A DNA stretch of 64,000 nucleotides, taken from IMG/VR virus record IMGVR_UViG_3300037070_001217, positions 140 through 64,139 of that record; one strand, given 5' to 3'. Positions 1-10,444 of the stretch are shown here, piece after piece; the first letter of the stretch is position 1; every line of letters starts with the position of its first letter. Under the pieces are notes generated by a model. The model saw nothing but the letters and a program-made list of their open reading frames with translations, was not told where the DNA came from and ran no database searches. A program made the translations under genes and the position numbers. The DNA comes from a virus. Taxonomy: Duplodnaviria > Caudoviricetes.

Positions 1-53
1 ACGGCATCGTTGCCGGAACCACGCCCGCAACCGTGGTGGGCGCTTGGGCCTGA
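1..53 (+). CDS. 3' end of a virion protein gene (probably the continuation of 63558..64000)
   Basis: Frame from nt 3 reads GIVAGTTPATVVGAWA* and matches the small-residue, beta-rich style of the ORF truncated at 64000. Confidence 0.65.
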   Translation, partial: GIVAGTTPATVVGAWA

Positions 54-112
54 CGAATTACCCGGGCGGGGAAACTTGTCCGGCCCCCTCAAATCGAACG
101 GAGGAAATTAAC

Positions 113-430
113 ATGGCCAAGAAAGCCAAGACGGTTAAATCGCAGTCCGACATCCACAACGTCGATCCGCCCGACGACGACGACGACATCGAAACCGGCG
201 AACTCAACGAAGACGAGAAGGCGCGGGACGAAAAGGTAAGGGATTACCAAGAGGCCGCTCAAGAGAAGGCCGAAGGTAAGGCTCCTGCTCCTTCCGGGGA
301 GCAGAAAGCAGGGGAGCCAGTTCCTCCTCCCGCTGGCTCCCCCACTCCTCCCGCTGAAACCACCGTCACCATCAGGGCGGATGGCACGGTTGAAAGCGGC
401 ACCACGCCGCCCCCCGCGACAGAGAAGTGA
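113..430 (+). CDS. Hypothetical acidic/Pro-rich protein in the head module
   Basis: GGAGG RBS before ATG 113; ORF 44..430. Confidence 0.7.
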   Translation: MAKKAKTVKSQSDIHNVDPPDDDDDIETGELNEDEKARDEKVRDYQEAAQEKAEGKAPAPSGEQKAGEPVPPPAGSPTPPAETTVTIRADGTVESGTTPPPATEK

Positions 431-431
431 C

Positions 432-956
432 ATGACCAAAAAGCAGATACCGATCGACATCATGAACGCGACGGCGCTGGCAGAACACGTCGTCGCCAAC
501 ATGGGGTTGGAGGTCAATCCAAGACTGGGTGTGACAGGAATCAAAGCGAAGCTGGCGCAGGCTGGCTTCCCTACTGATTTCATCGAAATCGATGACGGCC
601 GGGAAGACGACGAGCCGGTTCGCGTCGAGCCACCCAAGCAGCGGCACATTCCGGGCAAGCGCAGCGTCCAGTTGCGCATCGAGCCGCAGGAGAAGCCGGG
701 CGGCAACGACAAGGTGTTCACCTCGGTCAACGGTGTCACCTTGCTGATCCCGCGCGCGCAAACGTGCTGGGTCGACTACCGCTACTACGAGGCGCTGCAG
801 AACGCCGTGGCGCACATCGCAGAGGTCGATGCGGATTCCAACATCACCGGCTACCGCAAGGTGCCGGAATACCCGGTGTCGGTGTTCACGATCGAGCCCG
901 TACTGACGGCGGAAGAGATACGGGCGGCACAAGACAAAGAGGCTGCTGCAGCATGA
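432..956 (+). CDS. Conserved phage head-module protein
   Basis: ATG 432 directly follows the previous stop. VFTSVNGVTLLIPR motif is typical of proteins encoded next to N4-gp56-type capsid genes. Confidence 0.7.
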   Translation: MTKKQIPIDIMNATALAEHVVANMGLEVNPRLGVTGIKAKLAQAGFPTDFIEIDDGREDDEPVRVEPPKQRHIPGKRSVQLRIEPQEKPGGNDKVFTSVNGVTLLIPRAQTCWVDYRYYEALQNAVAHIAEVDADSNITGYRKVPEYPVSVFTIEPVLTAEEIRAAQDKEAAAA

Positions 957-1663
957 CCTTCCTCGAGCTTGCCCGAATGACGGTACAGCAATCCGGCACC
1001 ATCCAAGGGGTGCTGCCGACCACCGTGACCGGGCAAGCCAACCGCCTGAAGCAGATCGTTGATTTCGTTTCCGAAGCCTATCTCGACATCCAGAACGCGC
1101 ACCGCATGTGGCGTTGGATGACCAGCCGTTTCGTCGGTCAGACTGAAATCGGTGAGCGATACTATGAAGCGACCGAGTTCGCGGACGAGCGCGACGGCGG
1201 CATGATCACCCGGTTTTCGCAGTGGGGATTCAAGGACGACATGTCCGACATGGGCCTGTCTCATTACCTCACGACGAGCGGCGCAGTGGAAGAGGGGCCG
1301 CTGCGCTGGCTGGATGTCGATCGCTTTTATGAAACGCAGGGACGCGGGGTGCAGACGCCCGGCAAGCCGCAATTCTTTACCGTGGATAATCAGAATCGTC
1401 TGGTGCTGTCGCCAATTCCCGATGCCGAGTACACGCTGCGCGGCAAGTACCGCAAAAGCCCGCAGATGCTCACCCTCGACGGCGACATTCCTGAAATGCC
1501 GGTCGATTTCCACACGCTGATCAAGGATGCGGCGCTGTGTTACCTCGAGGGCTTTGACGAGGGGCCACGGATTCCGGTCTACCGGCTGCGCATGCTGCCC
1601 AACTGGTCGATGCTCGAATTGCATCAGCTTCCCAAGATGCGATGGGGGGCACCACTGGCCTGA
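953..1663 (+). CDS. Head-tail adaptor (tail tubular protein A-like)
   Basis: ATGA overlap with upstream stop; MTFLELAR start, AYLDIQ..WRW and LSPIPD..Y..D.PEMP.DFH motifs; position before the nozzle gene. Confidence 0.75.
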   Translation: MTFLELARMTVQQSGTIQGVLPTTVTGQANRLKQIVDFVSEAYLDIQNAHRMWRWMTSRFVGQTEIGERYYEATEFADERDGGMITRFSQWGFKDDMSDMGLSHYLTTSGAVEEGPLRWLDVDRFYETQGRGVQTPGKPQFFTVDNQNRLVLSPIPDAEYTLRGKYRKSPQMLTLDGDIPEMPVDFHTLIKDAALCYLEGFDEGPRIPVYRLRMLPNWSMLELHQLPKMRWGAPLA

Positions 1664-3534
1664 TGCCGATCCAAGTGCAAACCTCACTGATGGCAGGCGG
1701 GCTCGATCTGGCCACGCCGCCGATCGCGTTGCCGTCTGGCCGCGCGATTGCCGCAGCCAATTACGAGCCCGACGTCGCAGGCTATACCTCGATGGGTGGC
1801 TACGAGCGCTTTGACGGGCGTCCACGGCCTTCCGATACCGACAATCAGACACTGGTCGCAGAGCGCCGCGATGCCATTGGCGCTGTCCCCGGCACAGGTC
1901 CGGTGCGTGGCGTGTGGGTGTTCGATGAGAACATCTATGCCTTTCGCGATCAGGCGAACGGCACGGCTGGCATGTTTCGGGCCACCGCTGGCGGCTGGAC
2001 GCAGGTGGTGTTTGGCTCGGTGCTCCAGTTCGCCTCTGGGACGGTCGAGTTCGTCCAGAACGAATATGCGATCGGCATGTCCTCGGGCGCGATGGGGCAG
2101 ATCGACCGCATCATCGTGCGCGAGGGGGCATGGGACGGCACGGCGTCGGGCTATCTGATTGTCTCCCACGTCGTCGGCACCTTCATCGAGGAGAACATCG
2201 CCGGGTCCGAGAGCGGCGGCGCGGCGATCGGCTATCCGCTGCTGCCGATCAACATCGCGGGCGGTGGCCGCTTTGATTTCTGCACCCACAATTTCTATGG
2301 GGCCGCATCCCGCACCCATATGTATTTCGTCAACGGCGTCGATACGGCGTTCGAGTTCAATGGCTCGGTGCTGTCTCCGATCCAGACCGGCATCACCGCA
2401 GGCACATCGCGCGAGATCGTTTACCTGCTGGCTGACAACGAGGACACCATCCTCGCGGCCAATGGCGATTCGATCATCATGTCGGCGCTGTTCGATTCGC
2501 CTTCCTTCGTCACCCATTTCCAGAACCATCTGTTCCTCGGCTACACGTCAGGCACAGTCCTCAACTCGGCGCTTGGCGAGCCGCTGGAATTTCAGACGAC
2601 GCTGGGCGCGGGCGAGATCGCCTTTGGCAATGCCATCACCGGGCTGCTGACGGCTGCGGTCACCTCCTTGGTGATCTTCGGGCAGAACCGCATCGACTAC
2701 CTGACCGGGCAGGATTCAACGACCTTCACGCTGAACGCCCTTACGGATCAGGCGGGTGCCCAGCCCTACACCGCGCAGATGCTGGACACGCCGGTCTATC
2801 TGGACGATGGCGGCGTCCACTCGATCTCGACGTCGGCAGCGTTTGGCGACTGGCGCATGGGTTCGCTGACGCAGTTGATCGAGCGGCTGGTGCGACAGAA
2901 GCTGCAGTCAGGGGTTCTGGCGACCGCCTCGATGGTGGTCAAGGCCAAGGATCAATACCGGCTGTTCTGGGAGGATGGGACCGGCGTCACGATGTACGTC
3001 GGCCGCAAGAACCCGGAGGCGCTACCGTTCCAGTTGCCGGTCAGGGTCTATTGCGCCTGCTCGGGCGAGACGGAAAACGGCGAGGGCGATCGCCTGTTCG
3101 TCGGCTGTCAGGACGGCTACGTCTACGAAATGAATCGCGGCACTTCCTATGACGGGAATGCCATCGACAGCTACATCCGGCTTCCGTTCACTGCGGCCGG
3201 GTCGCCCATGCAGCACACCCGCTGGCTGAAGGTGAGCTTCGAACTCGACACGCCCGACGACATCACGATGGGGGTGGCCTTTCACACCGACTATGCGCGC
3301 GGGGACAACGGTGCGCTGACGAATGTCGATGTCGATGCGGGCACCGCGATCATCACTGCGGACAGCTATGGCTCGATCGACTGGGCGCAGCCGATCGAGG
3401 GGCGTCTGGAATATCACCTTGCCGGGGTTGGCCCCAACATCGCGGCCACTCTGGTTCACGCCTCGGCGGTTGCCCGCCAGCACACGCTCTCATCGCAGAC
3501 TTACAATTTCTCCCGACGCCGCCTGAAGAGGTAA
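1663..3534 (+). CDS. Tail nozzle / stabilisation protein (tail tubular protein B-like)
   Basis: TGATG coupling; ~620 aa beta-rich protein with N-terminal GGLDL..P and GGYERFDG motifs; synteny. Confidence 0.7.
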   Translation: MPIQVQTSLMAGGLDLATPPIALPSGRAIAAANYEPDVAGYTSMGGYERFDGRPRPSDTDNQTLVAERRDAIGAVPGTGPVRGVWVFDENIYAFRDQANGTAGMFRATAGGWTQVVFGSVLQFASGTVEFVQNEYAIGMSSGAMGQIDRIIVREGAWDGTASGYLIVSHVVGTFIEENIAGSESGGAAIGYPLLPINIAGGGRFDFCTHNFYGAASRTHMYFVNGVDTAFEFNGSVLSPIQTGITAGTSREIVYLLADNEDTILAANGDSIIMSALFDSPSFVTHFQNHLFLGYTSGTVLNSALGEPLEFQTTLGAGEIAFGNAITGLLTAAVTSLVIFGQNRIDYLTGQDSTTFTLNALTDQAGAQPYTAQMLDTPVYLDDGGVHSISTSAAFGDWRMGSLTQLIERLVRQKLQSGVLATASMVVKAKDQYRLFWEDGTGVTMYVGRKNPEALPFQLPVRVYCACSGETENGEGDRLFVGCQDGYVYEMNRGTSYDGNAIDSYIRLPFTAAGSPMQHTRWLKVSFELDTPDDITMGVAFHTDYARGDNGALTNVDVDAGTAIITADSYGSIDWAQPIEGRLEYHLAGVGPNIAATLVHASAVARQHTLSSQTYNFSRRRLKR

Positions 3535-3538
3535 CGCG

Positions 3539-5308
3539 ATGGCCAACCAATATATCAATGCGATGACGGCCATCTGGAACTCGGTGGGCACGACCTACGC
3601 CGGGATCAAGATGAACGTCACCAACGCGGCAAGTGCCGCCGGGTCGAAGCTGCTGCAGTTGCAGGTTGGAACGATCGACAAGTTTTCGGTCGACAAGAGC
3701 GGCAACGTGGTGAGCGCTGGCACGCTCGCCGGGGCAGGTGTGATTTCCACTGCGGTGATGGTGCCACTGGTCAATGATGGCGCGGCGCTGGGCACCTCGG
3801 TGCTGTCGTGGTCCGACCTGTATCTGGCCACGGGTGGCGTCATCAACTGGAATGCGGGCGATGTCACGATCACCCATTCCGCAGACTTGCTGACCTTTGA
3901 CGGGGCGGCGTCTGGCTACACGTTCAATGGCCCCGTGAATCTGGCGTCGGGCGGCGTCATCAACTGGGCGTCGGGCGATCTTTTGCTGACCCATTCGGCC
4001 GACAAGCTCACGCTGACGGGCGGGTCGTTTTACGGCGACCAGATCGTGGTGAACTCGATCGCGGGTGGCGGCGGGGCTCTCCACGTCATTGGCACGCTTG
4101 ATGCGAGCGGCAGCGTCACGTCGAACGGTGGATGGGTCACGTCGGTGAACGGCGCTGCCGGGGGGCAGCCTGCTGTCGGCGCGTGGTCTACGGATCGTGG
4201 CACGGTCGCGGGGTTCTGGAATCCGTCGAACTATACCGGAATTTCATTTGGCAGCTTGAGTGGCGTTGGAGTGCCAGCCGCATTGTGGGCAACTCTGGAT
4301 AATGGCGGTACTTTTACTTGCGCATCCGTGTCGTCTAGCGGCCACGTCTACAGCGCGAGCGGGGGCTTCATCTCTACCGCCGCGAATGTCTACTTGTATA
4401 CGCATGGCGGAACCTATGCGCCAATACAATGCACTTACAATTCAGTTCATGTCGTCGGAGGCCTTTCTGCCGATATCTACGTCAATGCTTCAAGTTGCAC
4501 TTTCACCTCGGCCACCGTTGGCGGTTGCTTGATTAACAGTGGCAACATGAGCATGCCCGGCAGCATAACGATGAACGGGTCGATCTCCGCTCCGCTGGGA
4601 AATATCTCTACCTCTGGCGTCACGGCTAGCTCGGGCGTCTTTGCCGGTACGAACGGAATCTATCTCCGCCCCTACGGCTTGGGCAATGACGCATATCAGT
4701 CATACGTTGACGGCTCAGGGAATTTTGTTTGCGCTGGCGGAGTGTACGCGGGAGGAATCGTTTCGGCGACAACTGCTCTATATGCCGTAGGTGGCAATAT
4801 AGTTGCCGCCAATGGTGGTTCTGGCCGCTACCTGTCGTTTCAAAGCGGTTGGTACTTCGACTTTAATACCGCCAACGGAGACTTGTATTGGCGCGGCGCT
4901 AGTCATTGGCATATGTTCTTTGCCGATGGCAACTTCCGGATTACCGGCACTGTCGGCACCAAGGCGGCAGGCACTGCTTGGGCTGTCTTCTCCGATATTC
5001 GCATCAAGAACGTTCGCGGAGATTACCAGAAGGGATTAGCCGAAATCCTTCAGGTCAGGCCGATCAGATACGACCTCAAGGATGACCCTGATCACAAGGA
5101 ACACGTCAGCGTCGTCGCGCAGGAAATCGAGGGTATCTTTCCCGAGACGATCTCGCTGATCGAAGGCAAGGTCGACGGGCAGGACGTCAACGATCTCCGC
5201 ACCTTCGATCCCACGGCAGTCACCTTCGCGCTGATCAACGCGGTCAAGGAATTGAGCGCCAAGCTCGATGACGCCAATGCCCGCATCGCGGCACTGGAGG
5301 CTGTGTGA
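3539..5308 (+). CDS. Tail fibre with C-terminal intramolecular chaperone (peptidase S74-like)
   Basis: G/S/T-rich beta repeats; SDIRIKN..GL..I..VRPIRY..VVAQE autocleavage motif followed by a C-terminal coiled coil. Confidence 0.85.
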   Translation: MANQYINAMTAIWNSVGTTYAGIKMNVTNAASAAGSKLLQLQVGTIDKFSVDKSGNVVSAGTLAGAGVISTAVMVPLVNDGAALGTSVLSWSDLYLATGGVINWNAGDVTITHSADLLTFDGAASGYTFNGPVNLASGGVINWASGDLLLTHSADKLTLTGGSFYGDQIVVNSIAGGGGALHVIGTLDASGSVTSNGGWVTSVNGAAGGQPAVGAWSTDRGTVAGFWNPSNYTGISFGSLSGVGVPAALWATLDNGGTFTCASVSSSGHVYSASGGFISTAANVYLYTHGGTYAPIQCTYNSVHVVGGLSADIYVNASSCTFTSATVGGCLINSGNMSMPGSITMNGSISAPLGNISTSGVTASSGVFAGTNGIYLRPYGLGNDAYQSYVDGSGNFVCAGGVYAGGIVSATTALYAVGGNIVAANGGSGRYLSFQSGWYFDFNTANGDLYWRGASHWHMFFADGNFRITGTVGTKAAGTAWAVFSDIRIKNVRGDYQKGLAEILQVRPIRYDLKDDPDHKEHVSVVAQEIEGIFPETISLIEGKVDGQDVNDLRTFDPTAVTFALINAVKELSAKLDDANARIAALEAV

Positions 5309-6186
5309 TGGCCCTCTCCACTGCTGAACTCAGCGATCCCAGCAAGATACTCGGCAGTCAGGCGCAGTTGGATGACAGCGTTGCCGCACAGGTCACCAAG
5401 CTGGCGTCCAAGGACAGCGCGCTCAACCAGATGGCGCGCACCGAAGGGCTGAAGGCGGCCAACCGGCGCGGCCTGCTCAATAGCTCGATGGCCGTTGGTG
5501 AATCGCAGGACGCGGTTCTGAAGAACGTGCTGCCGATCGCCAGTCAGGAGGCCAACCAAGCCTTCCAGAAGAACATGGCGGCCAAGGGCTTTGAATACAG
5601 CATGGCCGGGCAGACGCAGCAGCAGGGCTGGCAGTCGGCCGAGAACGTCGCGGCGCGCGGCTGGCAGACGGCGGAAAACATCGCCCAGCGCAACTTCCTT
5701 GGAACGCAGGCTGACCTCGATCGCGACCTCCAGAAGCTGCTCCAGCAGAACCAGATCACCTCGCAGGAAAAGCTGACCTACGCGCAGATCGCTTCGACCG
5801 AAGGCATCGAGGCCGCGAACCGGAAACTGGCCGCTGACCTGCAGGAGAAGGACATCCAGTTCCGCATGAGTGAGGGCAACCTCAATCGTCAGGCGGCGAA
5901 GGAAGCGCAGGACAAGGACATCGCCTTCCGCAAATCGGAAAGCGCGCTCGACCGCAGCCTGCAGGAGCAGATCGCCAAGTGGAACCTGTCGTCCAGCGAT
6001 CGCAATTCGGCGTCACAGATGCTGACCAACATGGAGTCGATGTATCAGAATACGTACAGTTCGATCATGGCCAACACTAATCTCACTTCTGCACAGAGGG
6101 ATAGTTACCTGAAGGCTGCGAAAAGCATGCGGGATACGCAGATCAACTTGGTTCAACAGATGTACAACGTGAAGTTAAGCTGGTGA
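5305..6186 (+). CDS. Putative internal virion (ejection) protein
   Basis: Q/A-rich helical protein with ANRRGLLNSSMA motif; follows the tail genes. Confidence 0.6.
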   Translation: MMALSTAELSDPSKILGSQAQLDDSVAAQVTKLASKDSALNQMARTEGLKAANRRGLLNSSMAVGESQDAVLKNVLPIASQEANQAFQKNMAAKGFEYSMAGQTQQQGWQSAENVAARGWQTAENIAQRNFLGTQADLDRDLQKLLQQNQITSQEKLTYAQIASTEGIEAANRKLAADLQEKDIQFRMSEGNLNRQAAKEAQDKDIAFRKSESALDRSLQEQIAKWNLSSSDRNSASQMLTNMESMYQNTYSSIMANTNLTSAQRDSYLKAAKSMRDTQINLVQQMYNVKLSW

Positions 6187-6701
6187 TCAGAGACGCCAAA
6201 TACGTCGACATCCATGCCATGACCCTGCTCTTGCAGGAGGGGTATGCCCGTTCGCATTACGCCAAGTCAGGCATCGTCAAGGTCGACGCCAATGAAACCA
6301 AGCGGCTGCTCGGGGCCGGGCTTGGCCGTCACGGTCACAAGGGGATCGGCGCGTGCTGGCTGCAGGTGGCCGACAATGATGGCTCGGTCGACGGGTTGAT
6401 GTACGCCACGCTGGCCCGTGTCTACGCGATTGGCGACAGGCTGATGGCGACCGACCTGTTCTGGACGACCAGCGAACGCGCGCGCCCGACCGACGCGCTG
6501 ACGCTCATGAAGAACATGATCAACTGGGCGAAGTCCTGCCCGATGGTGATCGAGGTGCGCTGCGGCGTGACGATGGTTGTCAGCGACAAGCCAGAGGTGA
6601 CCGGCCGGTTGCTCAAGACGTTGGGCATGCAGGATTACGGGGCGATTCATCGCCTTGATCTATCGGGAGAACAGTCATGTCTGGCCTTGTCAGCGGCATA
6701 A
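6183..6701 (+). CDS. GNAT-fold acetyltransferase-like protein in the virion module
   Basis: MIRDAK start, ATDLFW and LMKNMINWAK..GRLLKTLG pattern; usual position among podovirus ejection genes. Confidence 0.55.
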   Translation: MIRDAKYVDIHAMTLLLQEGYARSHYAKSGIVKVDANETKRLLGAGLGRHGHKGIGACWLQVADNDGSVDGLMYATLARVYAIGDRLMATDLFWTTSERARPTDALTLMKNMINWAKSCPMVIEVRCGVTMVVSDKPEVTGRLLKTLGMQDYGAIHRLDLSGEQSCLALSAA

Positions 6702-7498
6702 CCAAAGTCTTCACCTCGCTCGGCACCGGAGCAGCGGCGCTTGGCAATGCGGTTCGTGGCGTTGGCGCATCCCTGTTCACCGCGAGCGCGGCGACCGGCA
6801 GCAGCATGGCCAGCGGCGGCCTGTCCAGCCTGTTCGGGGGTGGCAGCAGCATACTCGGCAACATGCTGTCTGGGGCGCTCAAGACAGGCCTTGTCGGAGG
6901 GCTGGTTGGGGCGGGCACCAGCGCGCTGACCGGGGGAGACTGGAAGAAGGGGGCTGTCATTGGAGGGCTCGGCGGGGCTGCTGCTGGCGGATTGGCAGGC
7001 GCGTTTACGTCGGCCGGAAGCGCGACGGGTGTCGACTCGATCACCACCGGATCGACCGGGGGTGGCACGACTGCGGCCAACACGGCGACCGGGGCGACAG
7101 GGACTGGCACCAGCTTGGCCAATGCCACGGGATTCGGTGGTGCTAAGGGCATGCGCTACGGCGGCACGTCAGCGGCGACGACGGCGGGGACTTCTACGGG
7201 CGGCGGCGGTGGCTCCAGCGGCGGTGGCACTCTGTTCGGTGGATTCGGCAAATACCTCCAGACAGACGCTGGCTCGAACCTAATCGGCAACGTGCTGGCA
7301 GGTGCAGGCAATGCCTACTCTGGCTGGGCACAGACGGAGGCATACAAGGAAGCTCAGGAGAGACAAATCGCTTATCTGGAGAAGAAGCAGAAGGACATCA
7401 CCGAGGGCTACACGGTTTCCGACGAGGCATTGGTGGGTGGTGACTGGGCCTACAACAGAGAAACCGGAGAAGTCGAAAAGAAGAGGAAGACGGCGTAG
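6677..7498 (+). CDS. Gly-rich putative ejection/pilot protein
   Basis: GGGAG RBS; glycine-zipper hydrophobic segments. Confidence 0.6.
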   Translation: MSGLVSGITKVFTSLGTGAAALGNAVRGVGASLFTASAATGSSMASGGLSSLFGGGSSILGNMLSGALKTGLVGGLVGAGTSALTGGDWKKGAVIGGLGGAAAGGLAGAFTSAGSATGVDSITTGSTGGGTTAANTATGATGTGTSLANATGFGGAKGMRYGGTSAATTAGTSTGGGGGSSGGGTLFGGFGKYLQTDAGSNLIGNVLAGAGNAYSGWAQTEAYKEAQERQIAYLEKKQKDITEGYTVSDEALVGGDWAYNRETGEVEKKRKTA

Positions 7499-7507
7499 GA
7501 GCGCGAG

Positions 7508-7852
7508 ATGGCGAGCAGTGGCGACAAGAGCTATGGCCAAACGGCCAGCAAGAGTAGCTCGGGCAGCAAGGCAGCAAGTACGTCACGCACCCGTGGCATT
7601 GGCAGCACTGCCGACTACGAGAAGAAGGGCCGGGTCACGTCCAAGGTGATGGACTACATCCCGTCCGCTGCGAACTTGGCCGTCGTCGGCAAGTGGACCG
7701 CGAGCGAAGCTGAATACAACCAGATGCGGGACATCAAGGATGCCTATCGCGGCTACAAAAATTCGCCGCCGTCTGGTGGTGCGCTTCGCGGCCTGAAGAA
7801 CTCCGAGGTGTCCAAGGGGATGTCCTCGAAATCGTCGGGGAGCCGCAGGTAG
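7508..7852 (+). CDS. Hypothetical Ser/Lys-rich protein
   Basis: AGGAG RBS; 114-aa ORF. Confidence 0.6.
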   Translation: MASSGDKSYGQTASKSSSGSKAASTSRTRGIGSTADYEKKGRVTSKVMDYIPSAANLAVVGKWTASEAEYNQMRDIKDAYRGYKNSPPSGGALRGLKNSEVSKGMSSKSSGSRR

Positions 7853-10444
7853 ATGGCCTACGGATTCGGCGGTGGCACCAGTCAATCGCAGGGCTACGGT
7901 CAGGCGGCTGCTTCTATGGGAGCGGCGGGTGTCAGCGGCGTTGGCGGCAGATCGAGCAAGAGCCAGAGCGGCAGCAGCAGCAAGTCGAGCACGGGCAGTC
8001 GCGCGGCCGGGGGAACCGCCGATCGGTCATCTGTCTCTGGGTATTCCGGCTCGAGCGCGAGCAAGAGCAAGTCGAGCAGCGCCAGTCGCGCAGCCGGGGG
8101 AACAGCCGATCGCAGTTCCGTCTCCGGGTATTCCGGCTCGAGCGCGAGCAAGAGCAAGTCGAGCACGGGCACCGATACCGGGCGCTTTGGTGGCAGCACG
8201 ACCGGCACTATCGGGAAGGGTTTTGGCGGCGATACCGCCAGCAAATATAGCGGCAAGACCTCGACCGGCTACACGCCTGATCTGAACCGCACCCGCATGG
8301 CTTCGACATGGGAGAGCATGCGTGACGACACCTCGACCGGCTACACGCCTGATCTGAGCAAACGATCCCGCATCTCGGATCGGATGAAGGATGTGTACGG
8401 CATTGATACGAAGCAGAGCAGCTACACGCCTGACCTGAGCAAGCGCACCCGCATGGGTTCGGTGGGAGCGGACGCCAAGGCACCAAGTGCCTATGCCAAG
8501 GTGCCAAGTGCCACGACCACCAAGGCACCAAGTGCCACGGCCGCCGACTACATGACCAGCCGCACGACGACGACCACCCCCTCAACTTTCAGCACCAGCA
8601 ACGCCAAGCAGTCGACCGGGTTCAGGGCAGCGGCCGACGCTACGGCCCCGGCTACCGGATTCAAATCCGACATCGCGGCCCGCACGGAGGTCAACACCGT
8701 TGACCAGCAGACCAAGGCTGCGATCGCGGATTCCTATCGCACTGCCATCAAGGGCCGGGAAACCGAGGGCGAGGAAGACCCTTACGGAACGGTCCATACG
8801 GGCGTGAAGAGAGCAAACGGCTCGATCGATAACGCCCTTGGCGCATTCGGGGTCATGCGATCCAATCTCGCCGCTTGGACGAAGGAGGTGTTCGGCAAGG
8901 CCGTTGACGAGAAGACATATCTCTCCAGCCCCGCGATTCAGAACGCCCTGTTCGACGCCAAGTTCGGCCAAGCTGTTGCGAAGTACGGCAGTTTTGAAGC
9001 TGCTGCGAGATCGTGGTACGGCGGTGATAAGGGCGTCAAGAATCCAAACCAGAGGCCAAAAGGTGGCGGGCCCAGCACTGGCGAATATGCGGCCGACGCG
9101 GTGGGGCGGCAGATCAATGCCTACAACAAGGCGACGGCCTCGATAGCATCGAACGCGAAGGCGGCCGGGACTGCGGTGGCGGCTGCTACGAGGGCGGCTG
9201 CCACGGCCGCGCCAGCAACGGCGGCGGCCAAGACTACCGCCACGGCCGTGCGGAACGTGCGGGATGACGTCAACACCTACAACCGCACTAAGGGGTTGGG
9301 GGTGGCCAGCGAGGTGCCGACGCCGACCGCTCGCCCCGCGCAGACTTACGATCCGGTGGCTGGGAGAATTACGAAAAACGGTCAGGAGTTCACGATCAGT
9401 GAGTTCCAGCGCATGTCGCCTGCGATACAGGATGTCCTGTCGAACTACGGCAAGCTGAACCCGAATGGGACGATCAATCTCAATTCGGCCTACCGCGACC
9501 CGGCGTCGAACAAGAAGGCAGGCGGCGCTAAAGCGTCCGAGCACCTGATTGCCAACGCCTTTGACTTCGACATTTCCAACATGACCGACGACCAGAAGGC
9601 GAAGGCGGTCGCTGATTGGCGCGCGGCTGGTGCCAAGCGCATTGGTGCCTATGCAGGCCAGAAGGCCATCCATGTCGACATGAAGGATGTTTCGCCGGAT
9701 GAGGGGCTCGATGTCAAGACGATGTACAATACGCACTACAAGGACGCCAAAAAGACAACATCGACAAAAGATTGGCTGGCAAGTGTACCAAGCTGGTTCA
9801 GCGACGGCCTGACCCGCTCGGTCAACCGCACATCAGTTGCCAGCGCGACCGCTGGCTATCCCAATCCCCCGGCGACGACAACGGCCGCCGACACGGCAGC
9901 AGCCTCGACAACGACAACGGATACACCCGCGACAGCGGCGGCAAAGGCAAAGGCGACGGCGGCGGCCACCGGCCCTGCTACCGGCCCGTGGGGGCGCAAG
10001 CCTGAAGGTCCGATCGCCGGGCAGAAATATCCTATGGAGCCGATGACGACAGCCCAGAAATGGGGGAGCTTCGCCACCAAGATCGGGCTCAGTGTTTTCG
10101 GTGGCATACCGGGGATGGCTGCAACTGGGCTCGACGTTCTCTCTGAACTCGCCACCGGCCGGGGCGTCATCGATCGCGCATGGGCTTCGACTGACAATCC
10201 TCGCGGTGCCGGTGGTACTGCGAGCACGAATGCCGCCAGCACTGGCCAGTCGGGGCGAACGACTGGCGGCGGCACGCGCAGTTCTTCGGAACGGGTACAG
10301 ACGCCGAAGTCGGCGGCGACGAAAACGACGTCGTCGACGTCCTCCAGTTCGACCTTCGAGAGCAAATATCTCTACGACAACGGACGGCCGACGCCGGAAC
10401 AGAAGTGGGATTGGCAATCCTCCAAATACATAGGAGTGACGTAA
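7853..10444 (+). CDS. Virion-associated peptidoglycan hydrolase: lysozyme/transglycosylase-like domain plus M15A-type peptidase
   Basis: AIKGRET..ALGAFGVM..SPAIQNA..KYG..AAARSWYGG (lysozyme-like) and INLNSAYRDP..N..AGGAKASEH..AFDF..IHVD (peptidase M15). Confidence 0.75.
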   Translation: MAYGFGGGTSQSQGYGQAAASMGAAGVSGVGGRSSKSQSGSSSKSSTGSRAAGGTADRSSVSGYSGSSASKSKSSSASRAAGGTADRSSVSGYSGSSASKSKSSTGTDTGRFGGSTTGTIGKGFGGDTASKYSGKTSTGYTPDLNRTRMASTWESMRDDTSTGYTPDLSKRSRISDRMKDVYGIDTKQSSYTPDLSKRTRMGSVGADAKAPSAYAKVPSATTTKAPSATAADYMTSRTTTTTPSTFSTSNAKQSTGFRAAADATAPATGFKSDIAARTEVNTVDQQTKAAIADSYRTAIKGRETEGEEDPYGTVHTGVKRANGSIDNALGAFGVMRSNLAAWTKEVFGKAVDEKTYLSSPAIQNALFDAKFGQAVAKYGSFEAAARSWYGGDKGVKNPNQRPKGGGPSTGEYAADAVGRQINAYNKATASIASNAKAAGTAVAAATRAAATAAPATAAAKTTATAVRNVRDDVNTYNRTKGLGVASEVPTPTARPAQTYDPVAGRITKNGQEFTISEFQRMSPAIQDVLSNYGKLNPNGTINLNSAYRDPASNKKAGGAKASEHLIANAFDFDISNMTDDQKAKAVADWRAAGAKRIGAYAGQKAIHVDMKDVSPDEGLDVKTMYNTHYKDAKKTTSTKDWLASVPSWFSDGLTRSVNRTSVASATAGYPNPPATTTAADTAAASTTTTDTPATAAAKAKATAAATGPATGPWGRKPEGPIAGQKYPMEPMTTAQKWGSFATKIGLSVFGGIPGMAATGLDVLSELATGRGVIDRAWASTDNPRGAGGTASTNAASTGQSGRTTGGGTRSSSERVQTPKSAATKTTSSTSSSSTFESKYLYDNGRPTPEQKWDWQSSKYIGVT
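7979..8170 (+). repeat. Intragenic 87-bp tandem repeat (about 2.2 copies, 29 aa)
   Basis: AGCAAGTCGAGC recurs at 7979, 8066 and 8153; encodes SRAAGGTADRSSVSGYSGSSASKSK twice. Confidence 0.9.

Noticed and set aside
3539-5308. Diversity-generating retroelement target in the tail fibre
   Set aside because: No reverse transcriptase and no template/variable repeat pair seen; the internal repeat (GGVINW..THSAD twice) is a normal structural repeat
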